A DNA stretch of 64,000 nucleotides from Eledone cirrhosa (Eukaryota), in the NCBI GenBank assembly GCA_964016885.1, contig OZ024766.1:7502001-7566000 (forward strand), given 5' to 3'. Positions 1-9,864 of the stretch are shown in pieces. Made by a program: the position numbers and the translations under genes. Positions within the stretch are counted from its first letter, which is position 1, and each line of letters starts with the position of its first letter. The notes beneath the pieces are model-generated. The model worked only from the letters and a program-made list of their open reading frames with translations. It had not been told where the DNA came from and made no database searches.

Positions 1-552
1 GAGAGAAACTGGGTATAAGAGGGATAAGTTGTAGTGTGCAGGAGAGAAGATTGAGATGGTATGGACATGTGATGAGTTGAGAGAAACTGGGTATAAGAGG
101 GATAAGTTGTAGTGTGCAGGAGAGGAGACTGAGATGGTATGGACATGTGATGTGTTGAGAGAGAAACTGGGTATAAGAGGGATAAGTTGTGGTGTGCAGG
201 AGAGAAGACCGAGATGGTATGGACATGTGATGTGTTGAGAGAGAAACTGTGTCTGAGAGGGATAGAATGTAGTGTGCGGGAGAGGAGACTGCGGTGGTAT
301 GGACATGTGATGTGTTGAGAGAGAAACTGTGTATAAGAGGGATAAGTTGTGGTGTGTGGGAGAGAAGACTGAGATGGTATGGACATGTGATGAGTTGAGA
401 GAAACTGGGTATAAGAAGGATAAGTTGTAGTGTGTGGGAAAGAAGACTGAGATGGTATGGACATGTGATGAGTTGAGAGAGAAACTGTGTATAAGAGGGA
501 TAAGCTGTAGTGTGTGGGAGAGAAGACTGAGATGGTATGGACATGTGATGCA
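1..552 (+). repeat. ~78-80 bp minisatellite (about 7 copies) amplified from an RTE-type LINE ORF fragment
   Basis: Unit GAGAGAAACTGGGTATAAGAGGGATAAG...GAGATGGTATGGACATGTGATG restarts at 1, 79, 159 and so on. It translates as LREKLGIRGISCSVQERRLRWYGHV, containing the RLRWxGHV motif typical of RTE-clade ORF C-termini. Confidence 0.75.
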
Positions 553-599
553 CATGGTGGATTGCGAATACAATTCTCAAACGACTCAGCCACACACCT

Positions 600-670
600 C
601 CACACACACATATATACACACACACACACACACATATATACACACACACACACATATATATGTATACATA
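600..670. repeat. (CA)/(TA) microsatellite
   Basis: Direct reading. Confidence 0.9.
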
Positions 671-749
671 AACCTACACAAGGAAAACCAAAACCCCAGA
701 AAAACAGAGGCCCCATCCATCACTGAAAAAGAATACAAAGGCCTCTTAC

Positions 750-920
750 TTCATTATAAAAGACAGCAAACAACTATAGAGTGAAGGGGTATACATGTTC
801 CCTATTCTGTTAGCCAAAAAAAGGGACGGCTTTGTTTTCTTCAAGAACATGCTCTCGCTGCAACTCACGAATGCAGACTCGACTTTCTTATCTCCGTAGG
901 TAGATTCCAGAGAAATTTGC
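750..920 (-). CDS. HMGCS1: HMG-CoA synthase, coding exon 5 (171 bp); gene continues beyond the left edge
   Basis: Acceptor ttatttccAG at 922/921 and donor GTaag at 749/748. Encodes (R)QISLESTYGDKKVESAFVSCSESMFLKKTKPSLFLANRIGNMYTPSLYSCLLSFIM, with the conserved GNMYT(P/S)S motif. Phase matches the previous exon. Confidence 0.95.
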
Positions 921-977
921 CTGGAAATAAATAAAGATATAAAGATATATGTTTATTTACAGAAATATGATATGTAG

Positions 978-2300
978 GTTGTGTAGGTGACAACAAAAAG
1001 CTCCCAGCTTTTTGTTGTATCACATAAAGTCGTTGCGTAGGTGTGTGTTACAACAAAAAGCACCCAGTCCACACTGTAAAGTGGTCGTGTAGGTGTTACA
1101 ACAAAAAGCACCCAGTCCACACTGTAAAGTGGTCGTGTAGGTGTTACAACAAAAAGCACCCAGTCCACACTGTAAAGTGGTCGTGTAGGTGTTACAACAA
1201 AAAGCACCCAGTCCACACTGTAAAGTGGTCATGTAGGTGTCATGACAAAAAGCACCCAGTCCACACTGTAAAGTGGTCATGTAGGTGTCATGACAAAAAG
1301 CACCCAGTCCACACTGTAAAGTGGTCATGTCAAAAAGCACCCAGTTCACACTGTAAAGTGGTCATGTAGGTGTTACAACAAAAAGCACCCAGTCCACACT
1401 GTAAAGTGGTCATGTAGGTGTTACAACAAAAAGCACCCAGTCCACACTGTAAAGTGGTCGTGTAGGTTTCATGACAAAAAGCACCCAGTCCACAGTGTAA
1501 AGTGGTCATGTAGGAGTCATAACAAAAAGCTCCCAGTCCACAACTGTAAAGTGGTCATGTAGGTGTCACAACAAAAAGCACCCAGTGCACTGTAAAGTGG
1601 TCATGTCAAAAAGCACCCAGTCCACACTGTAAAGTGGTCATGTAGGTGTCATGACAAAAAGCATCCAGTCCACAGTGTAAAGTGGTCATGTAGGTGTCAC
1701 AACAAAAAGCTCCCAGTCCACACTGTAAAGTGGTCATGTAGGTGTCACAACAAAAAGCTCCCAGTCCACACTGTAAAGTGGTCATGTAGGTGTCACGACA
1801 AAAAGCTCCCAGTCCACACTGTAAAGTGGTCGTGTAGGTGTCACAACAAAAAGCTCCCAGTCCACACTGTAAAGTGGTCATGTAGGTGTCACAACAAAAA
1901 GCTCCCAGTCCACACTGTAAAGTGGTCGTGTAGGTGTCACAACAAAAAGCTCCCAGTCCACACTGTAAAGTGGTCATGTAGGTGTCACAACAAAAAGCAC
2001 CCAGTCCACACTGTAAAGTGGTCATGTAGGTGTCACAACAAAAAGCTCCCAGTCTACACTGTAAAGTGGTCATGTAGGTGTCACAACAAAAAGCTCCCAG
2101 TCCACACTGTAAAGTGGTCGTGTAGGTGTCACAACAAAAAGCTCCCAGTTCACACTGTAAAGTGGTCATGTAGGTGTCACAACAAAAAGCACCCAGTCCA
2201 CACTGTAAAGTGGTCATGTAGGTGTCACAACAAAAAGTACCCAGTCCACACTGTAAATGTGGTTGGCATTAGGAAGGGCATCCAGCCATAGAAAACCAGC
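978..2300 (+). repeat. 48-bp tandem array (~26 units) ending in the 3' part of SINE family A
   Basis: Unit AAAAAGCACCCAGTCCACACTGTAAAGTGGTCATGTAGGTGTCACAAC, followed at about 2258 by GGTTGGCATTAGGAAGGGCATCCAGC, as in the intact SINE copies. Confidence 0.9.
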
Positions 2301-2381
2301 TAGAAACAGTCCTATATGAGTGGGTCACGATCTAACAACAAAAAAATGGGTCTGTTAGTCAGCAAATTTTGAGACACTCAC

Positions 2382-2535
2382 CTAAATTCCTCAAGCCCTT
2401 CATATATGCCGTTAAAATCTGGCTTGGTATCACAGAGGAAATCATTCAGTACAAGTCGTGCCAGGGATTTCTGCACTAGTTTACAATATGGGGAGTGGAA
2501 TACAAACCCATCTGCGCTGGACACCGTGAAATGTT
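2382..2535 (-). CDS. HMGCS1: HMG-CoA synthase, coding exon 4 (154 bp)
   Basis: Acceptor (t)n-cttccAG at 2537/2536 and donor GTgagt at 2381/2380. Encodes (E)[50 protein letters not shown](R), with the catalytic-His motif [12 protein letters not shown]. Missed by the ORF track. Confidence 0.96.
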
Positions 2536-2604
2536 CTGGAAGAAAAAAAAAAAAGAGGATTGGTTTAATTTAAATGTGGTCCTTATTTTTGATGTGATAC
2601 TCGC

Positions 2605-2691
2605 CTACTTCAAGTCCATCCGTCCACAGGCAGACCTCTGGTGTTACGCAGTAATACAGAAGACCCGACTTCCCACGGGTACAGGTCGAAA
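2605..2691 (-). CDS. Candidate 87-bp in-frame cassette exon of HMGCS with a GC donor
   Basis: Acceptor tatgcttcAG (2693/2692) and donor AG|GCgagt (2604/2603). Phase 1-1, no stop codon: (V)STCTRGKSGLLYYCVTPEVCLWTDGLEV. Not homologous to HMGCS as far as I can recognise. Confidence 0.3.
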
Positions 2692-2727
2692 CTGAAGCAT
2701 ATAGACAGTATGCTCCCCCCCCCCCAC

Positions 2728-5700
2728 ACACACACTGTAGAGTGGTCATGTAGGTGCCACGGTAAAAAGGCATCCAGTCCACACTGTAAAGTGGTCATGT
2801 AGGTGTCACGGTAAAAAGCACCCAGTCCACACTGTAAAGTGGTCATGTAGGTGTCATGGTAAAAAGCACCCAGTCCACACTGTAAAGTGGTCATGTAGGT
2901 GTCACGGTAAAAAGCACCCAGCCCACACTGTAAAGTGGTCATGTAGGTGTCACGGTAAAAAGCACCCAGTCCACACTGTAAAGTGGTCATGTAGGTGTCA
3001 TGCTAAAAAGCACCCAGCCCACACTGTAAAGTGGTCATGTAGGTGTCATGCTAAAAAGCACCCAGCCCACACTGTAAAGTGGTCATGTAGGTGCCACGGT
3101 AAAAAGCACCCAGTCCACACTGTAAAGTGGTCATGTAGGTGCCACGGTAAAAAGCACCCAGTCCACACTGTAAAGTGGTCATGTAGGTGTCATGGTAAAA
3201 AGCACCCAGTCCACACTGTAAAGTGGTCATGTAGGTGTCATGGTAAAAAGCACCCAGCCCACACTGTAAAGTGGTCATGTGGGTGTCATGGTAAAAAGCA
3301 CCCAGTCCACACTGTAAAGTGGTCATGTAGGTGTCATGGTAAAAAGCACCCAGTCCACACTGTAAAGTGGTCATGTAGGTGTCATGGTAAAAAGCACCCA
3401 GTCCACACTGTAAAGTGGTCATGTAGGTGCCATGGTAAAAAGCACCCAGTCCACACTGTAAAGTGGTCATGTAGGTGCCACGGTAAAAAGCACCCAGTCC
3501 ACACTGTAAAGTGGTCATGTAGGTGTCATGGTAAAAAGCACCCAGTCCACACTGTAAAGTGGTCATGTAGGTGCCATGGTAAAAAGCACCCAGTCCACAC
3601 TGTAAAGTGGTCATGTAGGTGCCTCGGTAAAAAGCACCCAGTCCACACTGTAAAGTGGTCATGTAGGTGTCATGGTAAAAAGCACCCAGTCCACACTGTA
3701 AAGTGGTCATGTAGGTGTCACAACAAAAAGCACCCAGTCCACACTGTAAAGTGGTCATGTAGGTGCCACGGTAAAAAGCACCCAGTCCACACTGTAAAGT
3801 GGTCATGTAGGTGTCACAACAAAAAGCACCCAGTCCACACTGTAAAGTGGTCATGTAGGTGCCACGGTAAAAAGCACCCAGTCCACACTGTAAAGTGGTC
3901 ATGTAGGTGTCATGGTAAAAAGCACCCAGCCCACACTGTAAAGTGGTCATGTAGGTGTCATGGTAAAAAGCACCCAGTCCACACTGTAAAGTGGTCATGT
4001 AGGTGCCACGGTAAAAAGCACCCAGTCCACACTGTAAAGTGGTCATGTAGGTGCCATGGTAAAAAGCACCCAGCCCACACTGTAAAGTGGTCATGTAGGT
4101 GTCATGGTAAAAAGCACCCAGTCCACACTGTAAAGTGGTCATGTAGGTGTCACAACAAAAAGCACCCAGTCCACACTGTAAAGTGGTCATGTAGGTGTCA
4201 CAACAAAAAGCACCCAGTCCACACTGTAATGTGGTCATGTAGGTGTCATGGTAAAAAGCACCCAGCCCACACTGTAAAGTGGTCATGTAGGTGCCACGGT
4301 AAAAAGCACCCAGTCCACACTGTAAAGTGGTCATGTAGGTGCCACGGTAAAAAGCACCCAGTCCACACTGTAAAGTGGTCATGTAGGTGTCATGGTAAAA
4401 AGCACCCAGTCCACACTGTAAAGTGGTCATGTAGGTGTCATGGTAAAAAGCACCCAGCCCACACTGTAAAGTGGTCATGTGGGTGTCATGGTAAAAAGCA
4501 CCCAGTCCACACTGTAAAGTGGTCATGTAGGTGTCATGGTAAAAAGCACCCAGTCCACACTGTAAAGTGGTCATGTAGGTGTCATGGTAAAAAGCACCCA
4601 GTCCACACTGTAAAGTGGTCATGTAGGTGCCATGGTAAAAAGCACCCAGTCCACACTGTAAAGTGGTCATGTAGGTGCCACGGTAAAAAGCACCCAGTCC
4701 ACACTGTAAAGTGGTCATGTAGGTGTCATGGTAAAAAGCACCCAGTCCACACTGTAAAGTGGTCATGTAGGTGCCATGGTAAAAAGCACCCAGTCCACAC
4801 TGTAAAGTGGTCATGTAGGTGCCTCGGTAAAAAGCACCCAGTCCACACTGTAAAGTGGTCATGTAGGTGTCATGGTAAAAAGCACCCAGTCCACACTGTA
4901 AAGTGGTCATGTAGGTGTCACAACAAAAAGCACCCAGTCCACACTGTAAAGTGGTCATGTAGGTGCCACGGTAAAAAGCACCCAGTCCACACTGTAAAGT
5001 GGTCATGTAGGTGTCACAACAAAAAGCACCCAGTCCACACTGTAAAGTGGTCATGTAGGTGCCACGGTAAAAAGCACCCAGTCCACACTGTAAAGTGGTC
5101 ATGTAGGTGTCATGGTAAAAAGCACCCAGCCCACACTGTAAAGTGGTCATGTAGGTGTCATGGTAAAAAGCACCCAGTCCACACTGTAAAGTGGTCATGT
5201 AGGTGCCACGGTAAAAAGCACCCAGTCCACACTGTAAAGTGGTCATGTAGGTGCCATGGTAAAAAGCACCCAGCCCACACTGTAAAGTGGTCATGTAGGT
5301 GTCATGGTAAAAAGCACCCAGTCCACACTGTAAAGTGGTCATGTAGGTGTCACAACAAAAAGCACCCAGTCCACACTGTAAAGTGGTCATGTAGGTGTCA
5401 CAACAAAAAGCACCCAGTCCACACTGTAATGTGGTCATGTAGGTGTCATGGTAAAAAGCACCCAGCCCACACTGTAAAGTGGTTGTGGAGGTGCCACGGC
5501 AAAAAAGCACCCAGCCCACACTGTAAAGTGGTCATGTAGGTGTCACAACAAAAAGCACCCAGTCCACACTGTAAAGTGGTCATGTAGGTGTCACAACAAA
5601 AAGCACCCAGTCCACACTGTAAAGTGGTCATGTAGGTGCCACGGTAAAAAGCACCCAGTCCACACTGTAAAGTGGTCATGTAGGTGTCACAACAAAAAGC

Positions 5701-8176
5701 ACCCAGTCCACACTGTAATGTGGTCATGTAGGTGTCATGGTAAAAAGCACCCAGCCCACACTGTAAAGTGGTTGTGGAGGTGCCACGGCAAAAAAGCACC
5801 CAGCCCACACTGTAAAGTGGTCATGTAGGTGTCACAACAAAAAGCACCCAGTCCACACTGTAAAGTGGTCATGTAGGTGCCACGGTAAAAAGCACCCAGT
5901 CCACACTGTAAAGTGGTCATGTAGGTGTCATGGTAAAAAGCACCCAGTCCACACTGTAAAGTGGTCATGTAGGTGTCATGGTAAAAAGCACCCAGCCCAC
6001 ACTGTAAAGTGGTCATGTAGGTGTCATGACAAAAAGCACCCAGCCCACACTGTAAAGTGGTCATGTAGGTGTCACAGTAAAAAGCACCCAGTCCACACTG
6101 TAAAGTGGTCATGTAGGTGTCATGACAAAAAGCACCCAGTCCACACTGTAAAGTGGTCATGTAGGTGTCACAACAAAAAGCACCCAGTCCACACTGTAAA
6201 GTGGTCATGTAGGTGCCACGGTAAAAAGCACCCAGTCCACACTGTAAAGTGGTCATGTAGGTGCCACGGTAAAAAGCACCCAGTCCACACTGTAAAGTGG
6301 TCATGTAGGTGTCACGGTAAAAAGCACCCAGTCCACACTGTAAAGTGGTCATGTAGGTGCCACGGTAAAAAGCACCCAGTCCACACTGTAAAGTGGTCAT
6401 GTAGGTGTCACGGTAAAAAGCACCCAGTCCACACTGTAAAGTGGTCATGTAGGTGTCACGACAAAAAGCACCCAGTCCACACTGTAAAGTGGTCATGTAG
6501 GTGTCACAACAAAAAGCACCCAGTCCACACTGTAAAGTGGTCATGTAGGTGTCACGACAAAAAGCACCCAGTCAACACTGTAAAGTGGTCATGTAGGTGT
6601 CACAACAAAAAGCACCCAGTCCACACTGTAAAGTGGTCATGTAGGTGTCACGACAAAAAGCACCCAGTCCACACTGTAAAGTGGTCATGTAGGTGTCACA
6701 ACAAAAAGCACCCAGTCCACACTGTAAAGTGGTCATGTAGGTGTCACAACAAAAAGCACCCAGTCCACACTGTAAAGTGGTCATGTAGGTGTCACGACAA
6801 AAAGCACCCAGTCCACACTGTAAAGTGGTCATGTAGGTGTCACGGTAAAAAGCACCCAGTCCACACTGTAAAGTGGTCATGTAGGTGTCACAACAAAAAG
6901 CACCCAGTCCACCCTGTAAAGTGGTCATGTAGGTGTCACAGTAAAAAGCACCCAGTCCACACTGTAAAGTGGTCATGTAGGTGTCACAACAAAAAGTACC
7001 CAGTCCACACTGTAAAGTGGTCATGTAGGTGTCATGGTAAAAAGCACCCAGCCCACACTGTAAAGTGGTCATGTAGGTGTCACGGTAAAAAGCACCCAGT
7101 CCACACTGTAAAGTGGTCATGTAGGTGCCACAGTAAAAAGCACCCAGTCCACACTGTAAAGTGGTCATGTAGGTGTCACGGTAAAAAGCACCCAGTCCAC
7201 ACTGTAAAGTGGTCATGTAGGTGCCACAGTAAAAAGCACCCAGTCCACACTGTAAAGTGGTCATGTAGGTGTCACAACAAAAAGCACCCAGTCCACACTG
7301 TAAAGTGGTCATGTAGGTGCCACGGTAAAAAGCACCCAGTCCACACTGTAAAGTGGTCATGTAGGTGTCACAACAAAAAGCACCCAGTCCACACTGTAAA
7401 GTGGTCATGTAGGTGTCATGGTAAAAAGCACCCAGTCAACACTGTAAAGTGGTCATGTAGGTGCCACAGTAAAAAGCACCCAGTCCACACTGTAAAGTGG
7501 TCATGTAGGTGTCACAACAAAAAGCACCCAGTCCACACTGTAAAGTGGTCATGTAGGTGCCACGGTAAAAAGCACCCAGTCCACACTGTAAAGTGGTCAT
7601 GTAGGTGTCACAACAAAAAGCACCCAGTCCACACTGTAAAGTGGTCATGTAGGTGCCACGGTAAAAAGCACCCAGTCCACACTGTAAAGTGGTCATGTAG
7701 GTGTCATGACAAAAAGCACCCAGCCCACACTGTAAAGTGGTCATGTAGGTGCCACAGTAAAAAGCACCCAGCCCACACTGTAAAGTGGTCATGTAGGTGT
7801 CACGGTAAAAAGCACCCAGTCCACACTGTAAAGTGGTCATGTAGGTGCCACAGTAAAAAGCACCCAGCCCACACTGTAAAGTGGTCATGTAGGTGTCACA
7901 GTAAAAAGCACCCAGCCCACACTGTAAAGTGGTTGTGGAGGTGCCACGGCAAAAAAGCACCCAGCCCACACTGTAAAGTGGTCGTGTAGGTGTCACGACA
8001 AAAAGCACCCAGTCCACACTGTAAACGAGGTTGGTGTTAGGAAGGGCATCCAGCTGTAGAAATCAAGCCAGAATCAGTTCCCGTATGAGCAAGGCATGGT
8101 CAGCCGACCTGGCAATGCCCACAACAGGACAGCTCGTGTCTAACCCATGCTAGCGTGGGAGAATGGACGTAAAACG

Positions 8177-8207
<31 letters not shown>
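2728..8207 (+). repeat. 48-bp tandem array (~110 units) followed by the SINE-A 3' tail and (GAT)n
   Basis: Same 48-bp unit from 2728 to 8025, then GAGGTTGGTGTTAGGAAGGGCATCCAGCTGTAGAAA...GGACGTAAAACGATGATGAT. Source of the MTTLQCGLGAF... pseudo-ORFs. Confidence 0.92.
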
Positions 8208-8208
<1 letters not shown>

Positions 8209-8214
8209 ACATAC

Positions 8215-8379
8215 CGACAAGCCGTTGTTGTTGCACTTTCTTAGTATACTCCCGGTAACACTTATCCAGTGCCTGCTGGTAACATTGTATTGAGAGCTTC
8301 CCATCAACAGTTGGGTATTCAGAATTCATGTCAGGTTTGTAGAAATCATAAACATGCTGCATATGGGTAGCTCGAACCC
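8215..8379 (-). CDS. HMGCS1: HMG-CoA synthase, coding exon 3 (165 bp)
   Basis: Acceptor ttttgttccctattgaAG (8381/8380) and donor GTatgt (8214/8213). Encodes (R)[54 protein letters not shown], with the conserved HMxHxYDFYKPD and YPxVDGKLS motifs. Confidence 0.97.
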
Positions 8380-8433
8380 CTTCAATAGGGAACAAAATAT
8401 AGACAAGGGGTTAATGGCTGCGCTTATTTCAAA

Positions 8434-9422
8434 CTAGCTGAGGTACCCGGCTTCACCCGGGACAATAGTTAAGAGAAGACAGATAAAAGAGAAAACGACA
8501 GTATTGGATGTGTTGTGTGGTGTGAGGTGAGACTGTAATATGTCGATGTGTGAGTGAGACATAAAAAAACCAATCATAAAACTTCCTTATTAGGCTGGGG
8601 GAGTAATCTGCCAATTAAATGGTAGCCTTGGCCTTGGATTTTAAATGTGAAATAACCATAGTCAGTATGATCTTTTTCAGCTCCAAAGGATTGCTTCTGA
8701 AGTGTTTAGTATCGTTAGTATGGACTGTAAGTAGTATAGGGATAAAAGCTGGAGGGTCCTCTATCAGTGGATGTCTGACCTTTCTTCCTAAGCAACACAG
8801 CTCCAAAGGATGTCATCTGAAACACAGCAATATACCACATAACATTGCTTCTGAAGTGTTTAGTATCGTTAGTACGGACTGTAAGTAGTATAGGGATAAA
8901 AGCTGGATGGTCCTCTATCAGTGGATGTCTGACCTTTCCTCCTACACAACACAGTTCCAAAGGATGTCATCTGAAACACAGCAATATACCACATAACATT
9001 GCTTCTGAAGTGTTTAGCTTCGTTAGTATGGACTGTAAGTCGTATAGGGATAAAAGATGGAGGGTAGATTTATTTCAAATAGTATCAATTTTTCTTTGTT
9101 CTGTAAAATCAATGACTGTAAAACTACTTTATAGAAGCTAACACAATATTGTTAAACCTTCCTTTAGATCAAAGGATCTATAGTTTAAAACGTTTCTAGA
9201 CTTTCGTGGGACGTTACTCTCTCTCTCTCTCTCTCTCTCTCTGAATATCTAACACTTTAATTGTATCTCTCTCTGTATAACAGCCTATCTCTTTCTTTCT
9301 GCCTCTCCCTCTGTGTGCCTCTCTCTCTCTTTAGATGTGTGTGTATGTATTTGTGTGTGTGCGTGTGGTTTTTGTGTGATTCAGCCGACCAACCAATAAA
9401 CATCTTTTATTTATATCATAGA
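8434..9422 (-). mobile_element. Non-autonomous Helitron-like element (~1 kb)
   Basis: On the minus strand it begins a|TCTATGATATAAATAAAAG (9422) and ends with a GC hairpin CCCGG-gtgaag-CCGGG (8446-8461) 8 nt before a terminal CTAG|t. It is inserted at an A|T site with no TSD and carries an internal tandem repeat and (CT)n/(GT)n tracts. Confidence 0.65.
8677..9066. repeat. 154-bp tandem repeat, ~2.5 copies, inside the Helitron-like element
   Basis: TTGCTTCTGAAGTGTTTAG recurs at 8691, 8845 and 8999. Confidence 0.9.
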
Positions 9423-9429
9423 TAGATGA

Positions 9430-9650
9430 CATAGAGTTACAACCCTTTTTGGTCTGAGGTCAAATCCTGTTGAGGCTAACTTTGCCTTTCATCCTTACGG
9501 GGGTCGATAAAAAAATAAAGTACCAGTAATACACTGGGATAATTGCTGGCCTTGTGCCAAAAGTAGAAACAATTATTACGGGGTAGATAAAATAAAGTAC
9601 CAGTAATACACTGGGATAATTGCTGGCCTTGTGCCAAAAGTAGAAACAAT
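9430..9650 (+). mobile_element. SINE family B (tRNA head plus Meta-domain-like core) with a duplicated 3' end
   Basis: B-box-like GAGGTCAAATC, core GCCTTTCATCCTTACGGGGTCGATAAAA...AAGTACCAG (resembles the MetaSINE central domain as I recall it), and tail GGCCTTGTGCCAAAAGTAGAAACAA present twice. Confidence 0.7.
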
Positions 9651-9864
9651 TATATATATATACGACATAAACTTCCCCTATACCTACATCCTCAAGCATC
9701 TTCCCAAGTTTTCAACCTCCTCTATAAAGTGATCCAAAACCGTAAAGGGGAGTAACTCTATGCTGCAAAGCATGGCGTTCAACCCTCTACTGACTACCGA
9801 CATTGAATAACTTGATATAACCACAGGAGAGCTTAAAGATTGCAGGAGTAGACCCCAGAAATGT

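Noticed and set aside
953-8017. Long Cys-rich repetitive ORFs (MTTLQCGLGAF..., 822 aa; KWSCRCHGKKH..., 436 aa)
   Set aside because: These are translations of a 48-bp SINE-derived unit that is stop-free in some frames. They lie in HMGCS introns and the same peptide arises from dispersed SINE copies.
2728-8025. CRISPR-like appearance (constant repeat with a short variable segment)
   Set aside because: The variable part is only a few recurrent nucleotides rather than unique spacers, there are no cas genes, and the context is a eukaryotic intron.
8150-8214. Poly-His tail on the exon 3 ORF (and poly-Ser after exon 2)
   Set aside because: Read-through past the GT donors into the (GAT)n tails of retroposons.
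8691-8830. Hammerhead/retrozyme in the 154-bp tandem repeat (TTGCTT-CTGAAGTG ... GAAAC-AC-AGCAA)
   Set aside because: The core reads CUGAAGU rather than CUGANGA, and there is no valid NUH or convincing stem II.
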